Positions 37,500 to 49,348 of a stretch of 64,000 bases of DNA are shown piece by piece. Both the position numbers and the translations under genes were made by a program. A model generated the notes under the pieces. That model saw only the letters and a list, made by a program, of their open reading frames with translations. It was not told where the DNA came from and ran no database searches. The DNA comes from Eukaryota sp. GEM-RC1 (taxonomy: Eukaryota): assembly GCA_040285855.1 (NCBI GenBank), contig JAUFOQ010000017.1, positions 1,364,001-1,428,000 on the forward strand, written 5' to 3'. Position 1 is the first letter of the stretch. Every line of letters starts with the position of its first letter.

Positions 37500-40110
37500 T
37501 TAAAAATTCTTTGAAAATACAGTTCCATCAAAGTTAACACTCTTCCTTGGTCTTCTCCTTATTTCATTCAAATACTTCCTAAAGACCGATTCCCCAAAGC
37601 CATGATCTCCAACCCAAGCTTCCAGTCCTTCCTCCTTCAAAACCTTTTCAAACTCTCCTAAAGAAATAGTGATCTGGAGAGGACCTTGTAGACCCACTGG
37701 GAGTAGTCTAGAAGCTTCAAGTAAAGTATAACGATCACGTAGAGCTTTGGCTAAGAATCCATCCAATTGTTCAAAAATGATTGCTGAATCAGAAGACTTT
37801 GAACGACTTCCTGTGCGTGACGTGACATCAGATAGATACTTCTGGAACACCTTCTGCAAATGTCTCTTCACTGAAACCTTTTGCGTTTCAATAAAACTAG
37901 CAACAACAATTCTAACAGCTCTCTTCAAGTCATCTTGAGTTACTTCAGATCTCAAATGCATTCTAGCACTAGCTTCAGCAAGTCTAATAATAGATTCTAA
38001 CTGTCTTACAGTGATCACCTGACCCCCATGAGAGTTACTTTCCTTTCTGAGAAGAGTATAGAGATCTTCTAGATTCTTTGATTTAACTTGAGATCCAAGC
38101 AAAGGCTGAACTTCCTGTTTCGCATAACGGATATACTTCTTCAGCAACTCATGAGGAATCACTTCAACTCCATCGTCGTCAGGTTTATCAACAAAGTTAG
38201 GATCACCACCTTCAGGACAATTAGGATGCAAGTTAAAATGTGAATTAATAACAAATTCAGCTGTTTGAGCATCAGAAAATGGATCTACCAAATCCCTCAA
38301 CACAATAGTCACATCAAAACGCGATAGAATCGGCTCAGAAAGATCTACATTACTAATCAAAGGTCTTGAAGGATCGTACCTTCCTCCTAAAGGATTAGCA
38401 CATGCTACAACAGAACATCTACTATTCAATGAGGCCACAATACCCGCTTTACTAACTGAAACAGTCTGCTGCTCCATTGCTTCATGAATAGCTGACCGAT
38501 CAAACTCACTCATCTTATCAAACTCATCAATCAAACACATTCCTCTATCAGCAATCACGAAAGCACCTCCTTCTAAAGTCATTAGCTTAGTCTGAGGATC
38601 TCTTCGAACACAGGCAGTGAGACCAACTGCAGATGCACCTTTACCAGTAGTAAAGACTGCTCGGGAAGCAGTTTTTTCAAGAAATTTTAAACATTGACTT
38701 TTGGCTGTCGAAGGATCTCCAAGAAGTAAAACGTTGATATCACCTCTAGAACGATGTCTTTCAGTTTTCTTCTCAACTCCACCGAATAAAGTTAATGCCA
38801 GCACTTCCTTGACATGAGTGAGACCATAAATACTAGATGCCATTGACTTAATCAAACGATCTGCAATATTTGGATCACGACTCAATCGTTTAATCATATT
38901 GATCTCTTCTTGAGTGATGTCAGTCAACGACATACTTCCAGACCGATCCTCAACCGCCACTACATGAACAACAGTCGGACATACAGGGAACCCACCCTTC
39001 TTGTTCAACAACTCAATCTCAGCCTCAAAAATTCCAGTGATTGTGACCTCTTGCCCTGGACGAACTGTATCAATCAAATCATCAGTCAAAATCAAACTGA
39101 TTGATCTAGGAGCTCTTCCCGCTTCAATCGCTCCAGGACTTTCCTGCAAATCAACTTTCTGAACAGATGAATACTTTGATCTTTGTTTGGAAAGTCTAAA
39201 CGTGTTCTGACCCGCACAATCTGGACAAACATCGGGCTCAGCAGCGTCGAGATCATCCACAATTTCAGAAGGTTCCGTAAAACCACCACATGCCACGCAC
39301 TGCCAGACAGCAACGCGAAGTTTTGGGAAAACAGTGGACCTTCGCGTAACTACACCTTGAACAGAAATGAGTTTGTTCAAATGAGCTGTTCTAAGATCAC
39401 GAATACGTTCCAGAATAGGAAGGGGACCAATCCTGATGTGACAGGGGGGAAAGATCCATGGTAGAGTATCGGGAATAGTCTCTTCCAACAACGTCACGTA
39501 GCACTCGGTCAAAAATAGGAATGATGAGATGAGGGCATTGGATGAGCCACCTAGCGAGAATAGCAGAATTAGAAGAGAATGACGTGAGGTGGGTGAAGGG
39601 AATGCTGATGGATGTTTCATTACGTTGGACCATGGAGTTGACAGCTCTAACGTAGTGTGGTTCCTGAGTAGCCGGAAGCTTGAAGCCAACGAGGAAGCGA
39701 CGGAACTGACGTTCAACTTCCTTTTCAACTTGAATAGAACGAAGAGCGGTTGCAACGTCATCTTTAACTTGAGCCAAGTCAAATGCCACGTAGTCTTCGG
39801 GAAGCTGTTGTGCTGCTCGAATGATGCTCTCAATATCTAGTGGTGCATCTTCTTCCATTGTTTGTTGTCTTCTGGGAAAGTAAAAGTCAGGTAGACCAGC
39901 TTCTCCATACGGTTGTTCACGAGCGCGAAGTTCTAAGTCTAGAAGACGACGTTTTAAGATATCTCTGTCATCCACTTCGTCAGTTGCAAGGGCAGCAGCA
40001 TCATAGCTGTCAAGTTCAGGAATTGCTGCATAATCAGTTTCTAAGGATTGGTCTAAGTCATCAACTTCAGAAGCAGAAGTGAGGTCGTCAAAGTCTTCAG
40101 AACTGGACAT
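37500..40110 (-). CDS. MCM2: DNA replication licensing factor MCM2 (one extra base in the run at 39444-39449)
   Basis: MCM2-type N-terminus DYAAIPELDSYD, C4 zinc finger, LQESPG..AGRAPRS, Walker A GDPSTAKSQ, IDEFDKM, SRFD. Confidence 0.95.
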
Positions 40111-41041
40111 TTATAAGTGTTTAAAGAGGTGAAGAAATACAAATCAATTAGGCTGAGATTTGACAGACTCTTCACTCAATTTGGCCCTCTTATTATCGGT
40201 AATAAGTCCAGCAAGTGAAAGTAAACGTTCAAAAGCAACACTATTGGGTTGAACTTAAGCATTCATGTCATGTAAGATATGGGAAAGAAATAAAATATAG
40301 AAAAATACGATATACATATACTTTCTCCGGACGATTTTTGATTGTTTTACCTCTCTAATACCATATCATAAAATCATGTTCGACGATAATTGTAGTTTTA
40401 TGTATTAATTCAAACATCCAAAAAAGAATCGGTTCAATCGGTTGAGATCCGGTTCACATACACTTGAACTGAGCTGGTTCTGAATTGAACCATTTAACAT
40501 CCCTTAAATCAATCAACAATTTTCTGTTATTTTGATTTGATATTTTTGATTTTCATCAGTCAATTGGCAATTCTTTAAAGTAGTGTCAATTTTTATGTTC
40601 ATCTACATCAATTTCTTTTCATTAGCTTGGAGATAGATGAAATGGACCACAGTGAACGGTCTTGATTGTAGAATGATTTATCGTTCAAGTTTAATCATAT
40701 GGAATTGATTATCTGTGTCAGAATACACTGTACCTGTAGAGGTTTAGTGAAGAATCATAACCCAACTACTAAATCCTACCTACTAGAGCACCCCTGAAAT
40801 CAAAATGAAAAGGTACTCTAAGATAGAGTACAAAATAGAGCACCTGCAATTATAAAAAGTGTGTATCTGGACGCAGTTAGGAAAAGATGCTCCGAGTAAA
40901 CTGCCCGCTAGAGCCCCGTAAAACAGGGGTAAAGATGCTTTAGAATAGATCAAGGATCTTTATCAGGACTTTGCTGATAGGAGTTTACTGGAAACACGGA
41001 AGAGATCTGACTTAAACACGAAATTCATTTTTTCTGCTCTT

Positions 41042-41429
41042 ATGTCTCTTGTATGCTTTTTTTGTAGCTAATCATAGCCTGAAGGTCTTTTTGGTTGTTT
41101 CAACGATTTCGGTACTTGCCTCACTGGATGTATCTGTCCATGTTACCGTATGATTTATTCTTTCTCTTACACCAGTTGTTGCCAAGAACCAAGCTGAAGC
41201 CGATAATCGTGCTTGTACTCTGTGCGATTGCCTCTGCGGTCTTCCAGAAGTTGAATATTTCTTACGTCAACGTCTCCGCTCCGAATTCGGTGCCGGCTAC
41301 AGTGCTTGTGGAGATTGCCTCAGTCTTTGGCTATGTTGCTCATGTTTCGTGTGTCAAAACGCTCGTTTAATCAAGCATAAGCAACAACACGCTGGAAGAA
41401 ACATGAACTTCCCTGTTTCCAATATGTAA
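41042..41429 (+). CDS. PLAC8-family cysteine-rich protein, join(41042-41050,41078-41147,41176-41429); not in the ORF track
   Basis: Splicing two GT-AG introns (27 and 28 nt) gives MSLPEGLFGCFNDFGTCLTGCICPCYLVAKN...RQRLRSEFG..GDCL..LCCSCFVCQNAR. Confidence 0.9.
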
Positions 41430-41504
41430 TTACTTCTATGTATTATTCATTTTTATGTTGTATAAATTTTTTGTTCATCTTCTAGTTCTGTAAATTTCAA
41501 TGCA

Positions 41505-43256
41505 ATGTTCCTGTCCCATTTAACATCTTATGCATGTACACTTCTGGATTTACACTTTAATTCATCTGCTGCTCTTGTTTCTGACTTGATCATAGGTATA
41601 TCTGAAGATTCTTCACCAAAGATCCATGACCTACCTAACTTTAATACACAGTCATCACAATTGTTACAACTTGCTTCAATCCACTTCAACTCTGGTCATT
41701 TTCACCGTGTTCCAAACATCCTTACCCATCCTTCATCTGATCTAGAACTCCTTCTCAAGTGCCAGTCTTACTTCCTCATTGGACAGAAGTCTGTCTGTTC
41801 CACTTCCGTCTCACTCTCTTCTGCCGAATCATTTGCCACCAAATCCAACCCAATGATTGACAGCATCTGGGATTCTCTCTCTGAGTTCTACTCTATCCCT
41901 TTCACCTTCTCTTCTTCTGACTTAGCTCTTCTTGACAACCTTCCCTTCTTCTCTATCTACTTCCTCAGTATGTGTCTTATTCAATTCTCTAAACTTGAAT
42001 TGGCAACAGTTTGTTTGTTAAAGTGTCTTTCTAAGTTTCCTTTCTTTTTTGAAGGGTGGGAGTTGTTGCATAACTGTTTAACTCGAGAAAACTTTGCAAC
42101 TCATTTTTCAAATTTTAAAAATAGTTTCGACGAGTCAAATATTGATTGTTTTATGTTAATGCAGTGTCATTTCTTTAGTCATTCGTTGATCTCTATCTCA
42201 CGCCACGATGGAATATTTGAATATTTAAATATTTTCTCCAGTTATTTTCCCACTTCTCCAATTACACTTGAACTCCAAGCTCGATATCACTATGTCTCTC
42301 GACAATTTTCAAAATCTCGCCAATTATTTGAACAATTATTTGACAATTTCACTCATCGATACCAAGGACTCGAAATTTATTCAAATATTCTATACGTCTC
42401 AAATGATGTTTCTGGACTTTTGAGCCTCTCATCTCGTTACTCTGAGCTGGACTACCATCAATACAACTGGATCTTCTACATTATCAAAGGAAATTACCTC
42501 TCCCTCAAAGAAGACCATAAATCCGCCGTTAAAATGTTTCTCTCAGCTTACCAATCTAACCCCACTTCTTCCATTCCCCTTATACTTCTAGGCCACGAGC
42601 TGCTGGAACTTCGGAATGTAGAAGGAGCTTTAATGGTCTACCAGGCTGCTTCTAGCAAGAGTCCACGTGATTTCCGACCGTTATATTCAATCGCTCAATT
42701 ATTTGAAATTACTGGGCTTCACCAGTTTGCCTTACAGTACTACACTAACGCGCTGGAGATTAATCCGTATGATTCTCGCATCTATTCAGCTTTGGGTTTG
42801 GTGTTTGCTACAATCAAAGACTCGTCATCGGCTCAGAAATTGTTTGGAAAATCATTGACTTTGAATCCAGATGATAATGTGATTAAGCTGCATTATGCTT
42901 CAGCTTTAGTTCGATGCGATGACGTTTCCCAGGCTGCGGATTTCTTTTGGACTTGTTTGAAAAATGATTATAATAATGAGCTGTTTGATTTGATTGATGA
43001 TGATATTCAGGGTGAGATTTTGGAGTGTGCAAAAGAGTTTAAAAAATCTGGAAAATTGGTCAGAGCCGAGTTTTTAGCAAATAAGTTGATTGATTTAGGC
43101 GGTATAATCTCACAAGAAGCTCTTTCTTTTCTGTCTTCTTTTCTCTCTTCAATGTCAACTCTTTCAGAGTCTCCTCTTAATTCATTTAGTCCCAACCCTA
43201 GACCAAGTCCAATTGCTAATAGGAAAAGACTTATTAGATCACCAATTCAGAGGTAA
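41505..43256 (+). CDS. CDC23: Anaphase-promoting complex subunit 8 (TPR protein)
   Basis: YSNILYV, GNYLSLKEDHKSAV, LLGHELLELRN, PRDFR and PYDSR match the Cdc23/APC8 TPR pattern. Confidence 0.85.
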   Translation: MFLSHLTSYACTLLDLHFNSSAALVSDLIIGISEDSSPKIHDLPNFNTQSSQLLQLASIHFNSGHFHRVPNILTHPSSDLELLLKCQSYFLIGQKSVCSTSVSLSSAESFATKSNPMIDSIWDSLSEFYSIPFTFSSSDLALLDNLPFFSIYFLSMCLIQFSKLELATVCLLKCLSKFPFFFEGWELLHNCLTRENFATHFSNFKNSFDESNIDCFMLMQCHFFSHSLISISRHDGIFEYLNIFSSYFPTSPITLELQARYHYVSRQFSKSRQLFEQLFDNFTHRYQGLEIYSNILYVSNDVSGLLSLSSRYSELDYHQYNWIFYIIKGNYLSLKEDHKSAVKMFLSAYQSNPTSSIPLILLGHELLELRNVEGALMVYQAASSKSPRDFRPLYSIAQLFEITGLHQFALQYYTNALEINPYDSRIYSALGLVFATIKDSSSAQKLFGKSLTLNPDDNVIKLHYASALVRCDDVSQAADFFWTCLKNDYNNELFDLIDDDIQGEILECAKEFKKSGKLVRAEFLANKLIDLGGIISQEALSFLSSFLSSMSTLSESPLNSFSPNPRPSPIANRKRLIRSPIQR

Positions 43257-43542
43257 ATATTTGAAATTTGTGTCTATGGGAGAAAAATTGTGGATATATG
43301 ATCTCCGAGTAAAACCTTCAACAGAACTTTTTGAAGAATTCTTAAGTTGCAGTTTAACAGTATTTTAGAAGAATTGATGAAATATTCATCATATTGAACT
43401 ACGATCATGTTCAAGATTATATACAAAACCAATTATGTAGTGACAGTCAATAAATTATTTAAATACAAACTTTGGGTTCATAACTCGGTAACAAACTATT
43501 TTAAATTATGAAACATTTTTTGATTGAACAATCACGCGGTCC

Positions 43543-45031
43543 TCATGTGGTTAAATTAACAGACAACAACTCCATGATTGAGTTCCAAGATGAAACAATG
43601 ACATCTGGAGCTGATTGATTGTGATAGAGAAATTTTAATTTGGAATATACCTTTTGAATTTGGTCAATTGAAACATCATTATTCGATGTCTTGTCCAAAA
43701 ATCCGACAGCTAAAAGACGATCAAAAATGATTAAGAACATTTGGATACAGATTGCGTCACCAATATCAAGAATAGCTAAAAAGTACCAATTACAGAATCA
43801 AAATCTAAATTTGAAACCAAAATTTCTAAAATTTGGTAATCACTTGAGATTTGTCGTAAGATCTTTGAGAATCCGACCCTAATTTGATCAAAATCAGACG
43901 ATAATAATGTGAGAATAGCGCTCAAAATGAGCTTATTTTGAACTATCCACAAGCAAACGCCATTATTCAAAAGCAGTGGTTCGATATCGTGATCAATCAA
44001 ATTTGACACAATGATTACCTGATCGAGCTCACAGACACAGAGACTTGTCAAAATGAAAGATGAAACAAAGGAAAAGATATTTGAATCATCTAAAAACAAT
44101 GAGGCATTTTCATCCATAATGGAGGTGAAGATTAAATTTTTAATTTTTTTAGAATTGAATTTTGAAAAGGTCATCATGTAAATTGAGAAATTAACCAATC
44201 CATTCAATTGATTTGTAGAATTTAAAAAACTGACATTGGAAAACAAATATTCAATGAATTGTGGTAAATTCGTAAGCAAATTAAATTCAGCTGCAAATAC
44301 ATTAGAATAGGAAATATTTGACATCAAAAAGACAGAATGTTTATAATTTTGGTTAAATCAGTTGTTGATTGAGCTCGATTAGTTGCTTTCTTTTTTGATT
44401 TTGTCTTGATTGGCTGGCCATAAGAAGCCAAAACTTCCTTTAAATCAGAAATCAGCGACCTTTGAGTGGCAACTGTAGACACCAAACGATCATTTTCAAC
44501 AGAAATTTGGGAATACTTCGATTTTATGGAAAGTAGCTCATTTTGGACTGATTCAAGCTCAAATTTCAACTGATTATTGGTCCTGGAAAGATTATTAAAC
44601 GAATCACGTAGTCTTGCGTTTTCCTTAGTCAAAACTGATTGATCACGTTTTGGAGATGAACTTTTCTCCTTTTGCTGCAACTCTAATTCCCTGTGGGCTA
44701 ATTGAATCTCCTTTTCCTTTAGTTCTTCTGCTAATTCATTGAGCTCTTGGGATACTCTCTCAAAGGTCTTAGTAGGGTTGGAGGGAGGTACTGGAGGTCT
44801 TGGTGGGTGAACAGTGATGGATAAAGGCTGGGAGATGGGGATTTCAGAGTCTGAGTCTGAGAGGGAAAGAGAAAGTTCCCAAGGGGAAGAAAATGATTGG
44901 GGAGAATTGTGGCGTTGAGGCGGTGGATCGTGTGATGACAGGTTTAAAGAGTTTGTGTCAAGGCAGAAGCGTCCAGATTTGATAGTAGTGTGATCTGACA
45001 AACTGGTTTCAAGATCATCAAGAGAGTTCAT
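43543..45031 (-). CDS. Coiled-coil protein with helical C-terminus (possibly CCDC138-like); two T-run frameshifts
   Basis: ORFs 44324-45031, 43776-44327 and 43543-43740 join by single-T additions; clear heptad region; family call is tentative. Confidence 0.6.
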
Positions 45032-45306
45032 CAGATATAGAACATAGATAGAAGTGAGGTAGTAGAGATTTGTGTCAAATGAATCTTTTTCTATTTTTTT
45101 GTTCTCTATGTTTATGACGCTTGAGCTGAGGTCCTTGATTTGTTAACCACAATCTATTCAACACCAGTAAGTCAAAGAGTTGTACTTTAGAGAAAATTCT
45201 TGGAATGCAGAAATTGTTCAAATTTATGGACGCTTCAAACTCGGCACAATAAAAATCAAAAACAGAATAAATTTATACACCTTGACCTTTTGAAATAATA
45301 AATAAT

Positions 45307-47009
45307 TTACAACAATTCCAATTTCCTCCTATAATCATCATTGACCTCCATTTCAATATTCAAATCACGAATCATTCTATAATAACTTCGAATCTGTCTA
45401 CTACATTCTTCCCTTTCTTCTGTGACTTTGGCCAAATCTCCACTAGTGTGATCCAATTTAGACTCTACAACTGTTAGATTCTCAACTAAATTATTTGCCA
45501 AGTTTTTCAATTTTTCACTAGTAGCTTCTCGTAAGTTCTTATCCTTAACCAGAGCGTTGCACTGTCCTTTAAGTGACCTCAAGAGAGGAATCTCGCGTTC
45601 ATAAATCTGTTTCGTGTCCAAAAGGGCATTAAATCTGTCGTAATAACGTCTACTTTCATTGAGCAACACAGCCAAAGCTTCAAACAACTCTGAAAAACGA
45701 CGTTCAAACTGAATGAGTTCTGGTCTGGAGGGAAAATCGTGATGTTTCCTTTTAAGAACTTCAATAGAAACGATCGCATCTGACTTCATTTCCTTCAGTT
45801 TCTGCAACCTAATCTCTTCTTTATCTTTGTTCTCATCCATTTTGTCCTTCTTGGAACCGTGTTTCTCCTTTAAGTTGGTGGATTCTTCTTCTAACGTGGA
45901 GATGACAGACTTAAGCTCTGACACCTTAGACTTGTAAGAAGATTTAGTATCAGAAAGCTCCATTACAAGATTCTCTTGCTTAGTCAGAAGACCATCAAGC
46001 AACTCGATATCATCACCTCTTTCCTCTTTCAAAGATTCAAATTTGGATAATTTTTTGTGAATTTTGTCAATCTCCTCCTTTACCCCCTCTAATTCCTTTC
46101 CAACGTTATAAATCCTACTCTTAGTCGCTTCAATCTCATTCTCACAATCAATCTTCTTCTGTTCAAGAGAATCTCTCTTCTTTCTAAACTGCATATGCCT
46201 AGCATTGACTACCTCCTCCTTTGACTTTTCCAACTCTTTGTTATAGGCAGCTTCAGCTGCTTCCACGTCAACCTTTTGTTGCTGGAGAGCCTTCTCGGCT
46301 CCAGTCATTGAAACTTGGTCACCAGAAGAAGTTGACTTTAGAAGACTAGAAACGTCATCAACTGACACGTCATCATCATCAGTTTTGTTCATCGCGTGTA
46401 TGAGGAACTTTGGAATGTTTCTAGGGGCAACTCCAAACTCCAAAAGGGTTAGAGAAACTCTATCGGGAAGTTCAGTCACGTGCTTTCTGAGCTTCTTTGG
46501 TTGCCGGAAGCTACGTGAGCAAGGCGATGAGACAGTGACTGAGGAGGGTGGTGGTTGAGATACAGGAAGAAGACGGCGGGAGTATTGATACTCAGCAAAA
46601 GAACGATCACGAGCAGCATTGGCTGACTTGAAGGCAATGGCTTGCTTAACTAGCCATTGGACGATAGGAAAGATTGAAGGAAGATCGAGACGAGAGACTT
46701 GATGAGGTTGAAGTGGAAAAGGAGAGCGCATCTTTTGGAGAGCAGATACGATGGATTCAGCGATTTTCCTGAGGGTGAGAGAGTTGTAGGAGGAACATAC
46801 AGCTTTTCTTTGATAGAAGCACCTTCAACAAAGACTAAACCAATGCCAGCATCTATATTACAAGCAGCAATACACCAAGATATTCCACCAACAATACGAT
46901 CAAAAGCAGTGAGTGAAGAAATTCTGGCTCTGAAGTAACCAGCAACTAAGAGAAGATCGATAGTTTCACGAAGCTTAGCTTCTTGAGCATCATCAATAAA
47001 CCAATCCAT
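45307..47009 (-). CDS. CCDC93: CCDC93 (Commander/CCC complex), intron 46769-46800
   Basis: LLLVAGYFRARISSLTAFDRIVGG, FPLQPHQ..IFPIVQWLVK, PSRPELIQFERRFSEL; removing the 32-nt intron gives one 557-codon frame. Confidence 0.93.
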
Positions 47010-47390
47010 AATGAAGTGAGGTGAAAACGGAAAACTTCACTTTGTCACCCTCAAAAAAACTTCTTTTTGTCTTCTTTGAGACAGCAATTAATTAAGCACA
47101 AATGCAGCTCTTGAACTCTAATATGGATTGATTGTGTTCAACACATACTTGAGTATCGCAACCACATGTGATCACACTGACTCAAATGTGATAGTAACTT
47201 AAGTGAAATCATCAACAAAATACATGTATACTAAATGTTTAAATTATTGTGCGGCTTAAGTACGTATCGATATATCAGGAGTGTGTTTTATCGATATCTT
47301 TTATTTATCTTTTGTTATACAACTTTGATAAATATATACAGTAAAACAGTTTATTGATGGAGGGTACAAAAATACATATCATCATAAAAG

Positions 47391-47660
47391 CTATGAAACA
47401 CTAGACACCGAAAATTCCCAATCAACAGTACCACAGTTTTTATACAACTTTGTGAAAATTGATTTAAAAAACTTAGGCACCGAACGGAACAAAGAAAAAA
47501 TCAAACGGTTATGCCAAATTGATAAGTTAAATCTCTTATTCTGAGACTTACACATAGATCCAAAATCAGTTAAAAACTTAGAAGCCATTTCACCAGTACT
47601 ACCAAAAATAGAAATAGCAAATGGAACAAATGCAAATTTTGAATATAAATTTTGATTGAG
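47391..47660 (-). mobile_element. CRE-like 3' fragment
   Basis: FVPFAISIFG, WHNRLIFSLFR; matches 31490-31640. Confidence 0.75.
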
Positions 47661-47699
47661 TTTAGCAATTTATAACTTTTTTGGAATACAAATCAATTT

Positions 47700-48155
47700 T
47701 ACAAATCTTGTGTTGATAGGATATTAGATTATTCTTTTAATCCGTTAACAGCTGCTGAAAAGCTCAAACACTCCAAATATGACTCTCAAGTAGAAGAATT
47801 AAATAGAAACTCATATTCCAAATTTGTGTTTCAACATTTTGCTGTTTCTCTTTTTGGATCGATTAGTCCTGCTGGTGATCAATGTTTCAAGGATTTCGAA
47901 GAACTGTGTAAAGAAACGAAACGTAAGTTTAGAATGGAAAACCGTATAGTGTTTTCTAAACATCGGAATATTCCTTTTTATTTCTCTCGATTAATTCAGA
48001 AATTGTACAAGTTTGGAGTGAAGGTTAAGTTAATTTTGAAAAACGTAATTTTTTACCGGGTGGTGATGAAGTCGTTTGGATCTAATCTTAGTATTATTTG
48101 TTTGTTTTTACAATTTCATAGTTCTGAAGGAAGTTTACCTTATTGGGTACCGATT
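47700..48155 (+). mobile_element. CRE-like 3' fragment
   Basis: NPLTAAEKLKHSKY, FAVSLFG; matches 35636-36000 in inverted orientation. Confidence 0.8.
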
Positions 48156-49069
48156 AAAGTTTGTTCTTTAGTACAATATTACTTTAATGAAGCCTCATGC
48201 CTTCTGTTCTTTATATTACCGGATGTCGTTGATTGGATGTCATTGGCTATTCGTTGAATAGATGATGACGTCAACAATTTTATGCACTAGGACAAAAATT
48301 GAATTACATCCATTAAAAAGGTGCAACCATTCCACAAAACCATGAATCTATACAAACAAATAATGTTAATCCTAAATCAGTTATGTCTAACAACAGTAGC
48401 TTTATTTTAGTGGGCTGGAAATACAGTAATTTCTTATGTTTGCCGTAAATAGGTTCCGTATTTACACAGATGCTGAATTTTCTCTACGATTACTACAATA
48501 AGAGCATTGTTCTATCTAACCCAGAAAATGTTTTGAACATGTTTTAGACCTGAAACTATTCGAATGCTGTATGGTATGCTCAAATAGAATTTTGACTTAT
48601 GATTCTCTCATAAAACATAATAAAAAAAATGATCAATAATGTTATGATGTTTCGATCTATGAGACATGTAAAAGAGTATCTAAATATAATATCGCGCTGT
48701 ACGCTGGTCTTTACACATACTAGTAAATTACCTATGTCTAAATAGCTTCATTTCTATACATGTGTAAACGATTACTAGGTATGATGACAAGGCTCACGCT
48801 AAATACAGCCCCCACAGCAACCAATGAAAAGATGTTATATGAGAAAGAAATTGTCGCCTATCATGATCTATAGTAGAGACACCAATACAAGCCTTCTACC
48901 AATACAAGCCTCTACCTATACAAGCCTAGAGAATAGTAGGCTTGTACGATCTATGAAGTTAAATGTGTCGTTATTTATTCTAGATCCAAATAAAATAAAG
49001 TTGATGGTAAAATATAGCTTTAATGGTGTATTATCTTCTTACATCCACTCTTCTTTCATTAATATGTGC

Positions 49070-49300
49070 TGGAAGGAAACCTTGGATTGAACTAGACTGC
49101 TTCTTATTAGAGAGAATCAAACAGGAAAGAGAAGAACTAAAACAGTACAGTAGGCAATGGGCCTACAAATTTTTCAGACGATTCAATTATACACGACGCA
49201 ATGTAACGTCTAAACTGCAAATCACACCCGAAGAAATGGCCAAAAATGCGGTTGGGTTTATTATCAAATTGAAAGATAAGCTCAATCAAAGTATTTCCAA
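49070..49300 (+). pseudogene. pogo transposase HTH (CENP-B type) remnant
   Basis: SRQWAYKFFRRFNYTRRNVTSKLQ resembles the pogo S.GW..F..R...R..T...Q motif. Confidence 0.6.
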
Positions 49301-49348
49301 CAAAAACTCAACGAACATTCTCTCCTCAAAATTTAACATCTTCGTTTA

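Noticed and set aside
39460..39833. N-terminal part of the 777-aa ORF taken as the MCM2 start
   Set aside because: Off-frame shadow; the real N-terminus is in ORF 39397-40110.
41095..41370. 91-aa hydrophobic ORF in the track
   Set aside because: It is an alternative frame of the spliced PLAC8 gene.
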